This document shows, one piece after another, positions 52,201 to 64,000 of a stretch of 64,000 nt of DNA. The stretch spans positions 744,001 to 808,000 of the forward strand of contig CM060732.1 of the NCBI GenBank assembly GCA_030704615.1, written 5' to 3'. The translations under genes were made by a program, and so were the position numbers. Positions within the stretch are counted from its first letter, which is position 1; each line of letters begins with the position of its first letter. Source of the DNA: Takakia lepidozioides (lineage: Eukaryota; Plantae; Bryophyta). Below the pieces are notes generated by a model. The model ran no database searches. It saw only the letters and a program-made list of their open reading frames with translations, and was not told the DNA's origin.

Positions 52201-55108
52201 AGCCATTTTTGGAGCCCTGAACTGGAAATTCGGCACCATTTTCCCATTTCCGGCCCGAAAATGGCTAAGTCCCAGAACGGTAATATGGCCTTGAACTGGA
52301 AAAATGGCACCGAATTTCCAGTTCAGGGCCAGGCACCCTAGGGACTTAGCCATTTTCGGAGCCCTGAACTGGAAATTCGGCGCCATTTTCCCAAAGACCA
52401 ATTTTCATGCGCCACATGAGGCCTCTAACATCCTGAAATGCAAGGACTTGAAAACAAGGCATCGCGTATGTACTTGTACAGAAGGCGCATTGCTGCTTTG
52501 TCCGCGTTCGGCTGGTCGGTGAACTCGTGGCTCCGGCGGGCATGGGGTATCTCCCGAAAGAATAGGTCGGTTTTGTAGAGCAGAAAGTACCTCGTCACAT
52601 AGTCGCGTAGGCTCTCTGCTGCAGGAGAAATCTCCATCTTGAACTGATGTGCTTGTGTGTCCAGCTGCTCTTGCGCATTCGTCGTCACCTGTGGAGATTC
52701 TCCATCAGATCGCTTTCCTCAAAAAATACAATGAATCCACCCCCTACAAGAGTAGAAGCGCCAAACGAAACGTGGGGAAGTACCTGAAACCACCATGTCA
52801 TGCGGTTCATCCACATGTCGAATGTGGGGTCAGACAGTTTGTCCGGTTTGGGGAAGCTCCACATGTCCCTTGTACTTTGGGAACCATTCCAGATTTGGAG
52901 CCACCGGGTCTGTCCAACCACCCAGCATATTCGTAAGCGCCAAACACCACAAAAACGAGTTGTTGCCACCACAATTTGATTAAGAATGTATCACCTTTTC
53001 TGCACCATCCACACAGGATGTGGCTAGACGATGGAGCTTCTCCAATGTCATCGTGGGCTTCAGAGCGCGGGAGTAGTGCTTCCCCACCTCCACCAGAAAG
53101 TTGGCACCAAGGGCGGGATCAGCTATGGCCACGTACTTTACCATCCACGACTTGTACTTTATGCGGGCCCTGGCCTCCGCAGCTTTGAGATACGATTCGA
53201 GTGCCGGGAGGGTTAGATTCTTCTCCTCTGACTCCATGTAGAACCTCCGCGCATGTGCCAAATCCTGCTGAATTTTCGTCTGTCAAGAATGCGCACATAA
53301 GATTAGAGATCCTGCTCAACACTTTTCTTCTATTGGGGGAGGGGAGACACATTAGCTCAACAAAACAGTCAGGAGCTTTACCCGAAATATGTAGTCCACC
53401 ATGGCGTCCATGCTCAGCCTATACTAGGTTCTGTCTGCCTTTGCCTCCGACTTGCGCAGGAGGTCGGCACTGAACGAATTGGAAAACTCTTGCACCCCCT
53501 ACTTCCCGACATCCTTCACTCGGAAGAGCATATGGGACAAGTTGGTGGCAATGAAGGCATTCTCAGTCACCCAGCAATGCCACATTTCCATCAAACAATA
53601 CTGAAATGGGAATATTCAACAAATATGAGGATTCTCAATGAAATGACTTACAATCGGATGGGTCCAAAAGCAAGAGGCGTTGTAACTTACGAGTTGATGT
53701 CCGCCATTGCAGCTTTGAGAAGACTGCGATCTTTGGGCCCCGCAACCTTCAGCACAACACACTCCACGGCGAAATGCCAATCGAGGTCGTTGGGGTGGGC
53801 TTCGGCTATGTGCTCCATCCATGCCAGGAGGCGATGATTGCCGTCCCACACGTAAAACATCTTACCGGACAAGTGCTGGAAAAGAGGATTAGTAGCAATC
53901 GTTCTCTCGAACTCCTCATTTCGCCTTTGCCAATGGGGACCCCATTTGTCCACCTCATCGGAAGTGTGGGCACGGGAAGCTCCGTGGTCGTTCTCAATGG
54001 AAACGTAAAACGCGGCAGATCCCATTCGATATCCATCCCAGAAAGAGAATTTCAGCTTGTTGATATCGCCTGGGAGGGCAGGTCTCACCACCTGCAAAGA
54101 CACCAAGCGGCAAAGGGGAATCCGAAGCTTGGCCGGGTACACCATGCCCCCCAGCACCCTGCCAATGTTGCTGTGGGTTGCCTCCAACATCTTGGCAGTG
54201 GCCAACTTCATATCCGCCTCAAACATGACGTCTGTTGCAGAGGGGTTCTCCGACAGCCCACCAGGACCGCCAAATCCAGCCTGTATGTTGCGGGTTTGGG
54301 GCCTGGGGATGTCCGGGAGGATGTCATCCTGGTCAGAAAGCTCGGTGTCGTCCTCCTCAACATGGTGAACCATCGGCGAAACCACCTCGAGCACTCTCCT
54401 TGTCTCTACTGCCATCTCCCCGGCTTCACCTCAAACTTGCACAATCCGTGCTCTTTGTGGTGTTCTTTCCTCTCCTCCACTCTCCACCGTATGGGTAATT
54501 GCGGGGGCTGCTCTTGTCCGCGATGGTGTAACCGGTGTGTTACTGCCTCTTTGTGGTGTCTTGGAGGGATCCACCGTCTCTGTGTGTCCCTCGCTTACAT
54601 TGGCATCTGTCATTTGGGCACCCCTGGCCTCTTCAGTGGCCTTTTCTCTTTCCTCCTGGCTAGCCTTCTGTCTCGCCTGTTCTTTTGCCCTCTCTTTTGC
54701 CCTCTCACGGGCTTTCTGTTTCTTACTAGGGCTAGCAGCAGGGGAGCCCTCCAGGACGACCACCTTTGATTGAGGAGAAGGAACACCCTCGCGCGCACTG
54801 CTCATTCCCCCCTCCGCAGCCCGTGACGGCTCTCTCACCGGGGATTGCATGTGCTTAGCTTTCTTCTTCTTCTTTGCATGGGCGGGCCCTACTGCATGTG
54901 CATCAACAACCTCCATTGCCGGATCTACTGTCCTCACGTCCTCACGCCCTTCACCTGCCATGCCGCCTGCACCAACCTCCCCAATGCCTATTCTGTCGTA
55001 CCCTCGTTGCAGGTCCTCCCGTCCACCAACAAAAGGTTGAAGTTTGCCCTCTCGCCCCAAGTTGGGCGATTCAAACATGCGATGAGTTGGAGCGGTCGAT
55101 GATACCAC
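49277..55108 (-). pseudogene. Multi-exon ParB/Srx-like + beta-class DNA-methyltransferase-like fusion gene (copy 3), disrupted
   Basis: Low-complexity N-terminus 55108-54431. ParB-like segment 54415-53691 (LRIPLCRLVSLQVVRP...FYVWDGNHRLLAW). Further exons at ~53570-53382 (two TAG stops), ~53266-52995, ~52930-52783, ~52688-52430, ~51623-50490 (frameshifts; CDMILLDILDG...LLDDGGCVVVL), ~50408-50143 (PWWYSRTRSPAFIQTLMETC..GRILDLTCGTG), ~50058-49841 (ASMWAGTLSNRHVFAFEPD), ~49690-49277. All on one strand with GT-AG-like junctions; some boundaries are approximate. Confidence 0.65.
51650..52392. repeat. ~147-bp tandem array (about 5 units) inside an intron of the ParB-MTase gene
   Basis: caccctagggacttagccat...aactggaaattcggcgccattttcc recurs at ~51748, 51893, 52040, 52187, 52334. 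Confidence 0.92.
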
Positions 55109-56029
55109 CAGCGTGCCGGGCTCGTCGTCACTCTGTCATTCCCAAAAATCGTGAGAACCAACATCGGTGCCAAAACCAGCATCGCAACGAGCAGCGCAAC
55201 CACCATAGCAACAATCGTGGAACAACAATGAAAACAAATCCAACCAATGCCTAAGAATGACATGCACAAGTAGCCTTCTCCAGAGCTGCCGGCTTTGCAC
55301 ACGCATTGCAAACTATGTAAGGTTCACTCAACCGGTAATATGAAACACGATGAACAAATGATCAGGAATTCCATAAGACGGGAAAACAGGGTGAAATGTT
55401 TTGAAGGCACTTCATGTGCTCAGACATTCTTCACAGCTCAGCATGGATTTCCTTATTTTTAACCACTCAGACCTTGATCATTCTTCGCAACAGCTCCTGC
55501 TTTTGCGATGCAACCATACGCTTCCAGCGATGCCAGGATGAAGATGCGAAAACAAAGCGAAACAACAAAGCGAAAGCGAAAGCGAAAGCAAAAGCGAACA
55601 AAGCGAAAGCAGAAGTGGCTTGCCTGAGAGTACTCGGCTTCAGTTGGCGCGGGTTGTAAGCAAGACATTGGAATCTCCTGCTGGAGCTTAAGTTTGGCCA
55701 TGCGAGAGATTGGCTGTCGTCCAAAGTACAAAGCTCTCAACTTCCGCCGCGGTCTGGATGTGGGGTCTCTCTCAGGAGAGCCACGCCCTTCAGGCGGCAT
55801 AAGTCCTAGCCAAAAAGAAAAAAGATCTTAGTTTTTTGGGGTACATGCCTCGAATAGAAGTTAATCCAAGTTTAGCATCAGATTTAGGGTACGTATCGAG
55901 GAAGCAACCGCGGAATCCTTGTATCGCCAGCCCAAATCAAAACGGACGGCGGTGGACATTTAATGCCCAACTACGCAATTAAATGTCGGATGAAGCCCTC
56001 CCTGTCGGATGAAATATGACGCAACTCGG

Positions 56030-58150
56030 CCCCGAATTTCCAACGTAGAGGTAATTCGGAGCGCGGCAGGATGGGAATCCGGCGCCGGATTTCCATCCGC
56101 TAGGTAGGGCGGCGCGCAAAATTTCCGTCACGTAGGTAATTCTGCGCGCGGATGGATGGAAATTTGGCGCCGGATTTCCATCCGCCAGGAACGGCGGCGC
56201 GCGAAATTTCCGTCACGCAGGCAATTCTGCGCGCGGATGGATGGAAATCCGGCGCCGGATTTCCATCCGCCAGGTAGTCATGCTGGTAATTCAGAGCCGG
56301 ATGGATGGAAATCCGGCGCCAGATTTCCATCCGCCAGGTAGGGCGGTGCGTGAAATTTCCGTCACGCAGGTAATTCTGCGCGCGGATGGATGGAAATCCG
56401 GCGCCGGATTTCCATCCGCCAGGTAGGGCGGCGCGCCAAATTTTCGTCATGCAAGTAATTCGAAGCGCCGCAGGATGGAAATTCGGCGCCGAATTTCCAT
56501 CCTGCAGGTAATTTCAAGCGCCGAATTTCCGTCATGCAGGTAATTCGGAGCCCGGATGGATGGAAATTCGGCGCCGAATTATCATCCTGCAGGTAATTCT
56601 GAGCGTGGCCGCTTGGTTTTTCGGAGAAACACACAGTAAACTGTTAGTTTTGTGGCTGAAGTCCACTTTTAGACACATTTTTCATGGACTCCTCGACTGC
56701 TAGAGGGAAATCGGAACGGGCCCGGACGAAAATTCGGCGCCGTTTTTCCATCCTGGGAGGTTTTTATATCGTCCAGTTTTTGGCCTCACCACCCGACCGG
56801 ACTTCCTTTGATAGGGCCCGGATGGAAATTCGGCGCCGAATTTCCATCCGGGGGATGCTCTCTGTCGGACAGGTGCCGTCCTCTCCGCCCGAGGCGACTT
56901 CACCCGGGCGTCCCCTCTTGGATATTCGGTGCCGAATTTCCGTCCGGGGGTTGAAATGTGACGGCCAGGTGCCGGCCTCTCCCCCCTCCCCGACTGCATC
57001 CGAACGGCCCCGGATGGAAATTCGGCGCCGTTTTTCCATCCGGGGAGGTTTTTATGTCGACCAGTTTTCGGTCTGACCCCCCGACACGACTTCCTTTGGG
57101 GGGGCCCGGATGGAAATTCAGTGCCGAATTTCCATCCAGGGGATGCTCTCTGTCGGACACGTGCCGGCCTCTCCGCCCGAGGCGACTTCATCCGGGCGTC
57201 CCCTGTTGGATATTCGGTGCCGAATTTCCGTCCGGGGGTTGAAATGTGACGGCCAAGTGCCGGGCTCTCCCCCCTCCCCGACTGCCTCCGAACGGCCCCG
57301 GATGGAAATTCGGCGCCGTTTTTCCATCCGGGGAGGTTTTTATGTCGACCAGTTTTCGGCCTGACCCCCGACACGACTTGTTTTGGGGGGGCCCGGATGG
57401 AAATTCGGCGCCGAATCTCCATCCTGGGGATGCTCTCTGTCGGACAGGTGCCGGCCTCTCCCCGAGGCGACTTCATCCGGGCGTCCCCTGTTGGATATTC
57501 GGTGCCGAATTTCCGTCCGGGGGTTGAAATGTGACGGCCAGGTGCCGGCCTCTCCCCCACCCAACTGCCTCCGAACGGCCCCGGATGGAAATTCGGCGCC
57601 GTTTTTCCATCCGGGGAGGTTTTTATGTCGGCCAGTTTTCGGCCTGACCCCCCGACACGACTTCCTTTGGGGGATCCGGATGGAAATTCGGCGCTGAATT
57701 TCCATCCGGGGGATGTTCTCTGTCGGACAGGTGCCGGCCTCTCCGCCCAAGGCGACTTCATCCGGGCGTCCCCTGTTGGATATTCGGTGCCGAATTTCCG
57801 TCCGGGGGTTGAAATATGACGGCCAGGTGCCGGCCTCTCCCTCCTCCCCGATTGCCTCCGAACGGCCCCGGATGGAAATTCGGCGCCGTTTTTCCATCCG
57901 GGGAGGTTTTTATGTCGGCCAGTTTTCGGCCTAACCCCCCGACACGACTTCCTTTGGGGGGATCCGGATGGAAATTCGGCGCTGAATTTCCATCCGGGGG
58001 TTGTTATCTGTCGGACAGGTGCCGGCCTCTCTGCCCCAGGCGACTTCATCCGTGCGGCCCCGGTTGGATATTCGGTGCCGAATTTCCATTCGGGGGTAGT
58101 AATGTGACGGCACAGTGCCGGCTTCTCCCCTTCAGCCGACATCATCCGGA
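56030..58150. repeat. Palindrome-based tandem arrays: short irregular units 56030-56600 and ~287-bp units (about 5) 56700-58150
   Basis: Core GGATGGAAATTCGGCGCCGAATTTCCATCC is a perfect 30-bp palindrome, extending to 36 bp at 56817-56852. Each long unit holds three variants. Confidence 0.93.
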
Positions 58151-58393
58151 CGGCCCCCCACTTTCTGACTGCATACCGTTGGCAGTTATTGCGCAAAGAC
58201 CACGGGCCGCATTCCTGAGACAAGGTTCATTAACACTCTGACTGTGGATTTTTGAGATAGTTGGCTCCCTGGATTTGGATCAGGCTTCGTCGCTCGGACA
58301 AATCGGCACCGCATTCCTTCCCATCGTTGTATCCCCCTTCTACCAGGGAGCTTGCCCGCACGCCATCCTGGGAGTCTTGTGTGCACATCTCCC

Positions 58394-61243
58394 ATGGCGG
58401 AAAACCCGAGCGCTACAGTGTACTGCCCTCCTCACGAGCATAGAGCTTCATTTCCGTGCAGAGGGGACATCTGCCGGGTGATGGAGAAATATCTGTGCGT
58501 TCGATACCACCTGAAACTGGGGTCGGTTTTTTTGGAGGAGGAAATGAAGGACTCAAACGGCGTTATTGTCGAGAGTATTGTTGTGCTCCACGATGATTTC
58601 GGCGATGGCAGGGAATGGCGAGTTCCACCATCGGACAACGTCATATACAGGGTTGTTGGGGACTTCATTTTCCCGCCAAATGCACCTTCTATCCTGGCGC
58701 CTTCCACGAAACAATCCGCGAATCAGAGAGTGGCTACCTCAAATAGAGAAGTTCGCAACGAAGTAAATCCAGAGCCGAACCCATCCATGAAGACGAGCGA
58801 GAACCGGGTTGTTCACAACCTATCCGACTCAGACGAGGTCATGGAAGTTCCGAGGTCGTCATGGAGATCAGACAAGTCCTCAATGGACGTCAGTGCACGA
58901 GGGAGTCATATTCCCAGCACGAGCACTGCAGTTCAATCTATTCTTGAAATTCTGCGAGGGCTTCACATGGAGGGACACCGCTTGGAGCTGGCCGGGCTGG
59001 ACTACAGCAAGTTTGCAATTAAATCGGTTACATGCCTTCCCGCAGACGTCGACGGTAATATCTTCTTTGAGTTCCCTCCTTGGACGGACTACTCGAGGGC
59101 GTCCGGAATGTTGACAGATATGGATAGAAAACATGATGGTCATCCTTGGTGCGTCACTAAAACCACCAGCATGAAGATGCTCGATGGTGTGCAGGTGCGC
59201 TACGTTGTTTGTGCGGGCGCGTTGCGGTGTTTCTCCCCAACTTGCTTCCATTTTAAATCCAGAGGTCACAGGAACGAGACCGATTGGACAGGCACAGCTC
59301 ATCAACCATTTCGAGCTCAGGAGAAGGTTCCAAACTCCACATTTAAGTGTGCGCATTGCAAAGAACCACCACACTGCATGTCTGTTTGTAATGCCAAGCA
59401 GTTCTATGTGTTGCACCGTTTCCCTGACCTCACCCGAGCTTGCATACACGTTGGTTCCCATTGTCACAAATTGGCGAGGGGGAACTCGCGGGAGGCTGCC
59501 CACGAGGCAGAGCAGCTCGTTTAGGAGGAGGTTAAGTTGAGACCGGGTGCCAAACCCAAATAGATACAGCTCCAAGCCGCCCATAAGATGGCATTGGCCA
59601 GAATTATGTCGGAAGACGGCTCCAATAGAGTTCCTCTCGATGAGAGGGAAATGGAGGCATTGCTGGAGTCGGTGTCCCACGTATGTTCACCGAATGTCCG
59701 AAACCACATTGTCTCATGCAAACAAAAAATTGGGCGTGGCTCGGATATGCACTCCATTCTGGAAGTGAAGCGACGATGTGGATATGACTACATTCATGGA
59801 AGTCGGTTTCCAGGACAAGGGACTGAGGCAGATCGTTGTTTCGTATTGAAAATGTCGACGTGTGGACCTGGCAGCGGCGTCGAACTGGTCGACAGGATGA
59901 CAAGTGGGGACTTGTCAAACAGTTGGGTCATGTTCGACCATATCAAACGAATTACAAATCACCAGTGGGTGACAATGGGTGCACATGTCTACGACACCCA
60001 CTGCAGGATGCTAATGACAATTGCTATTTGTGAGATGAAAGGAGAGGACACACAATGGGAGATGCTTCTTTGGCAGGGAATAAACAAACAGATGGCCAAG
60101 GCGGGATTGCCCCCTCCCAATTTCCGTGGTTTCATGGCGGACAACGCACAAGCAAATTGGGCTGCCATCCGAAGGGTGTATGGGCAAGACCCCAATGTTC
60201 CCATGGAAGGCAAGGAGAGATCTTGTGGGTTCCATTTTCTGCAGAGCCTTTCGCAGTACACAACCACGATCGTGGCGCCAGATTTCAGAGAGGAGCACCG
60301 TTCCATGTGTCTTGCGTGGAAGCGCGCTCCCCACCTTGGATGATGCAGAGACACAGTTTGCATGTATACGGGCTTGGTGGACATCGTCAGGTGCTGTAAG
60401 GAAATCAGACGAGGGAGCAATGGTCAGTTGGCTAGCATGGTGGCATTATCGTTTCCTCCAGTTCGGCGACTATATGCGGGAGGTGAGTTGCACGATTCGC
60501 GTCCCGTTGAATATTATTCTTGGCATTATTTGTAACTTGCTTGTAACCTCAACATGTGCTTGTGCAGGAAATGTGTCTCGACTCCGACACCGACATGCCC
60601 ACGACAAACATGGCCGAATCAGTGCATTCTTCCTGGCGTGCCTCCTCTACGGCGCATCTGATGGACATCCTCACTGCCACAACGGAGGACATTGTGAGGT
60701 CAATTATGCAGCAATGCAGGTACAACGAGTTCTTGAAAGGGAAACAGTGGGGCTTGGGCCGGACAGGCAGGAAATGCTGATGCGGACTGCCTCCAGATCG
60801 AAGAATCCTCGGAAGTGGGTGGTGGCCTTGCGAGAGGGCCTTGGGACACGTCATTGCTTCGAAGAGGCCAACATTTGGAAGGAGATGTTCATACCCGTCC
60901 AGTGAGACGAAGACTTGACGAGGCACCTGGCGGGGAAGAGGATTCATGGCGAGCTGACAAGAATATTCGCATGCTCCCTCGTGGTCCCGTGATGTTGCCC
61001 GAGGAGGTCTCGTCGAGCACCGCAAGTCCTGCACGTTCAAGATCGCCATCTCCTTTGAGCACAGGGCATGTGCCCGAGGAACATAACGAGTCATGTGTGG
61101 TAACGCAATACAACATACCCATTGTGGAGACAAGAGTGTCGGAGTCACAGTGGAGAATTGCAAGGACATTGCCGGCATTTCGAGGGGAGTGCTGCGCCAT
61201 TCGGGTGGATACGAGAGCACGTTGTGGTGAGATGATTCGGAGG
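58394..61243 (+). pseudogene. Mutator-superfamily transposase with N-terminal GCM-like zinc finger, disrupted
   Basis: DGHPW...CAGALRC...C...CAHC...C.A...HVGSHCH (GCM/WRKY-like). WVMFD, FMAD, SCGFH (CxxH), TTNMAESVH give the MULE D-D-CxxH-E pattern. Stops at 59522 and ~59561, frameshifts near 60330 and 60760, intron 60483-60567. Confidence 0.82.
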
Positions 61244-62200
61244 AACCCATTCGATTCGCGAGTGGGCCATCTAGAGGCACAAATCACTTCTCTCATCAAG
61301 ACCATTGAAACAACGGGCGACCGCATGAGCTCAATCGGTCAGCAGATTACCAGCTATGTGGGGTACCGAGATGCGGCCCCAGTTGGAGAGTCCGGCCCCA
61401 ACTCGGCCAAGGTATGGTGTTCCAATTGCAACAACTCGGGACATGTGTCTCAACACTGTCCTTATCCCATTCGGGAAAGGCAGGTAAGCCGGAACCCAAC
61501 TTATCAAGATAACCAAAAAAGGCAATTCAATCAATCCCGTAGAGGATGTCAAAAGTGCGGAAGAACCACTCACCCGACTGAAATTGTTGGAGTGACATGT
61601 GTGTTTTGCACTGTGGCCAACGAGGTCACCCCCTTGGACAAATGTCCTCATAGATAAGTGGACATCCTACGCGCGGCCACCATTCAACAAGTAGAGAGGA
61701 ATTTGGAAGGGCAGCGAGCACCCTTCCCGGATCAGTATACCACTGAACCACGCACCCTTGTACCACAACAGCATAGCATGTATTTTGCTACTCCAATGCA
61801 AATAGCGCAATGGCCTAGAATAGATCAGGCGGGCCCATCATATTCTGGGGGCAATGCAGCTATGGGATAGAATTCCCAAGCAGCCTATTCAATCTTGCGG
61901 CTCAGATCCCCAGGGTTCTCTAATACGTGATCTCCCCCTCAGGATGTAAGGGTGCAGGGAGGGCAGCAGCGTCCACTTCAGCGCCATCCCAGCAGTAGGC
62001 CAGATGCATCCCGGTCAGTCGTCCCGTCAACACAGAGGCGCAGCACCAGGTCAATTGGATTTCCAGTGAGCTCGGCGCCACTCAAACTCTGCAGGCTACC
62101 CCAGAGGAAGGTAGCTATGTAGTAATGACCCGACAGCAACGAGATACGCTAGGGAAAGGCCCTGGGTATGTGGCGTCGGAGTCAGCCACATCGGCATCAG
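61244..62200 (+). mobile_element. Gypsy-like gag C-terminal remnant
   Basis: Coiled-coil-like LEAQITSL followed by the CX2CX4HX4C knuckle CSNCNNSGHVSQHC and degenerate further knuckles; stops downstream. Confidence 0.6.
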
Positions 62201-62586
62201 AACAGGAAATCTGAACTTTTAAGTCATGAAGTCATACGCACGGAAGGTGGCAGAAACTATACTTAGGGAGGAAGATGATACCCATCCCAACGAGAAGGAG
62301 GTAGCATTTGCAGAGACCGAATCTCCGGCAGTCCGGCCAACCATTTCTCGGCCACTTTTGACATCCAGAACAAGATCCGGCCAATCGACTAGTAGCACCA
62401 GCGAAGTTTCCCCCAAAAGGAGAACACACTCCACGATGCTTCACCGATTGAGTTGGAGCCATATAATCTATTGTTAGATGGCTTGTCTGGGAACTTAGAC
62501 CATTTTATGGGTTCTTTGGGGTACCCTTAATTTTTGCCAGACTTACGGATGGTAGACCTAGACCAACAGAGGGGTAGACAGGTTTA

Positions 62587-62738
62587 CACAGCCAGTCACA
62601 GCCCGATACAGTCCGACACAGCCAGTCACAGCTAGTCACAGCCCGTCACAGTCTATCACAGCCCGACACAGTCCGACACAGCCAGTCACAGCTTGGCACA
62701 ATCACAGCCCGACACAGTTTGGCACAGCCCGTCACAGC
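62587..62738. repeat. 10-bp minisatellite (cacagcc(a/c)g(t/a), about 15 copies)
   Basis: Directly visible. It may lie inside an LTR-like segment 62472-63208 (TGTTAG...CTAACA; no TSD seen). Confidence 0.85.
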
Positions 62739-63265
62739 GTACATAGGAACGGTTATCATTGGCAGGGAACGACTATGTGGGAACGACATCTGCAAGGGAA
62801 TTTACTCTTAGGTGACAATTAGTTAGTTAGGCGGTTAGAACAGCTTGGGATAAAATAGGCAGAGCAAGCATCATAGGGGACACTTCACGGGGCACTTCTT
62901 GGTGATTCATGGAGAGAGAAGAGGTAGAGAGCAAGAACGGGAGCAAAGATGGTGAGCACGGTGAAGGAGGAGAGATGAACAGTAGATGTTTATTACATGC
63001 AAAGCTGTAGTGATACTGTAGAGCAAATTAAAGACACAATGGCTTTAGCCTGATACCTGATAAATCTTAATCTGATACTTATTCGAAACAATCACACTGT
63101 GTAGAGAGACATGAGTGAAGCTGTGGAATGAATGGATGAGTGAATGGAACCTGGTAGATACTGAAGGAATCTGATGCTTCAGTATACACAGTAAGGTAAT
63201 TGCTAACATGAAGGCAAGAAGGAATACAAATAGGAAGCACAACCATGATTCACTAGCTGTAGGTC

Positions 63266-63961
63266 ATGATTGATTGTTCTGAGCGGGCTGAGTGCTTGGA
63301 GATATCCAACTCTTCTATCTTGGAGTTTCCACCTCGGATAGCGAAGGAATGGGTGAATAAAAGCCGCTTGACATTTGGCGACCATACTGGGGAACTGGGT
63401 CAAGAACAACAAAATGTGACAGGCATCTGGTGGGATCATGGTGGTTGGAGAATTAAAGAATTTGATGTGAATCAAATTCCCTGTGGAACTGAGAAAGAAA
63501 GGTTGTCCAAGCAATTCTTTCAGAGATTCTTGGAATTGCCAGACGGTTGCAAAGAAAACATTCTTAAGAGAGTGCATGATGTAGATCCTGAGTGGGGTCT
63601 GGAGAAAGGAGTGATAAAGATTTATCAGGTGGCCTATAGAGGGAGAGCAAGTTGGTTACCAACGCTGGCTTATGTGACAACGTTGCTATCCATTAAACGA
63701 GTGGAGTTTGAAGGTTGGGAGGAACGGAAAGTGAATGTTTACACTCATATGCATGAAGAGTTGGTATTGGTAAAGAATTGGATTCCTAAGGATATCATGT
63801 GGATCAAACTGACACCAAGAACAGCTTTTCAGACGTGCTTGCCATATGGTTATATGGTAACAGAGACCTCTAGTATAGCCAAGGGAGCATTGAAGCTTGA
63901 AAGAAATCCAGGCATATACGAGAGATATTACAGAAGAGAGTTCTGGTTATTGCCTCATTGA
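63266..63961 (+). CDS. Unassigned 231-aa ORF, probably a retrotransposon accessory ORF
   Basis: Long uninterrupted ORF next to the LTR-like segment; no catalytic motif recognised. Confidence 0.3.
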   Translation: MIDCSERAECLEISNSSILEFPPRIAKEWVNKSRLTFGDHTGELGQEQQNVTGIWWDHGGWRIKEFDVNQIPCGTEKERLSKQFFQRFLELPDGCKENILKRVHDVDPEWGLEKGVIKIYQVAYRGRASWLPTLAYVTTLLSIKRVEFEGWEERKVNVYTHMHEELVLVKNWIPKDIMWIKLTPRTAFQTCLPYGYMVTETSSIAKGALKLERNPGIYERYYRREFWLLPH

Positions 63962-64000
63962 AGATATGAAAGACATGGGACATGAGTGATGAAAGAGAAG

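Larger units (their letters stand above)
49059..61243. mobile_element. Large Mutator-type (MULE) DNA transposon carrying a ParB-MTase gene; right end deleted
   Basis: Abrupt switch out of gag at GGGGGCTGCTATTTCATGAGCGG (49060), with subterminal repeats CATGAGCGG and CACGGAAATAGGG. Two internal arrays share the GGAAATTCGGCGCC core. The transposase runs back into gag-like sequence at ~61243. No right TIR or TSD visible. Confidence 0.65.

Noticed and set aside
53774-54769. 331-aa plus-strand ORF
   Set aside because: Antisense shadow of the ParB-like exon; likewise 58880-59680 and 60549-61280 shadow the transposase.
49277-55108. Bacterial or phage contamination as the source of the ParB/MTase motifs
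   Set aside because: The motifs are split by spliceosomal introns conserved in three copies and are embedded in plant TEs.
56030-58150. Palindromic repeats resembling a CRISPR array
   Set aside because: The intervening sequences are themselves repeated (no unique spacers), there are no cas genes, and the context is eukaryotic. The same applies to the arrays at 40.8-42.3, 51.6-52.4 and 38.4-38.8 kb.
56700-58223. 507-aa minus-strand ORF
   Set aside because: By-product of a GC-rich, stop-poor tandem array; repeat units drift between frames and no domain is recognisable.
62472-63208. Solo LTR (TGTTAG...CTAACA)
   Set aside because: No matching TSD, PBS or polypurine tract seen; kept only as a possibility.
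1-64000. tRNA, rRNA or Helitron Rep/helicase genes
   Set aside because: None recognised by eye.

Overview
Eukaryotic, intron-rich DNA that looks like a land plant, probably non-seed (bryophyte/lycophyte/fern-like; inferred from gene and TE content only). The left 14 kb holds one apparently intact host gene on the minus strand: an armadillo-repeat kinesin (ARK/KIN-U) with about 19 readable exons that runs off the left edge. It has two probable GC-AG introns, apparently duplicated coiled-coil exons and several LINE insertions in its introns. The rest is mostly nested mobile DNA. (1) A hAT element with a perfect 8-bp TSD and an internal inversion. (2) A family of long-TIR elements built from CAATTCAATTGAATTG palindromes; one carries a spliced IS3EU-like integrase-core transposase, and its TIR pair brackets host-gene fragments (aldo-keto reductase, F-box, proteasome RPT4). 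(3) A phi-class GST pseudogene, a truncated copia, LINEs and a gypsy-like element. (4) The standout: a >=12-kb Mutator-type element (GCM-like zinc finger + DDE) inserted into the gypsy gag. It carries a divergently oriented multi-exon gene that joins a ParB/Srx-like domain (DGNHR) to a bacterial-type beta-class N4/N6 DNA-methyltransferase-like domain, with an array of 30-36-bp palindromes between the two genes. Two more diverged copies of the methyltransferase module, with the same intron positions, lie at 39.9-43.4 kb. All assignments come from reading motifs by eye; no searches were run.
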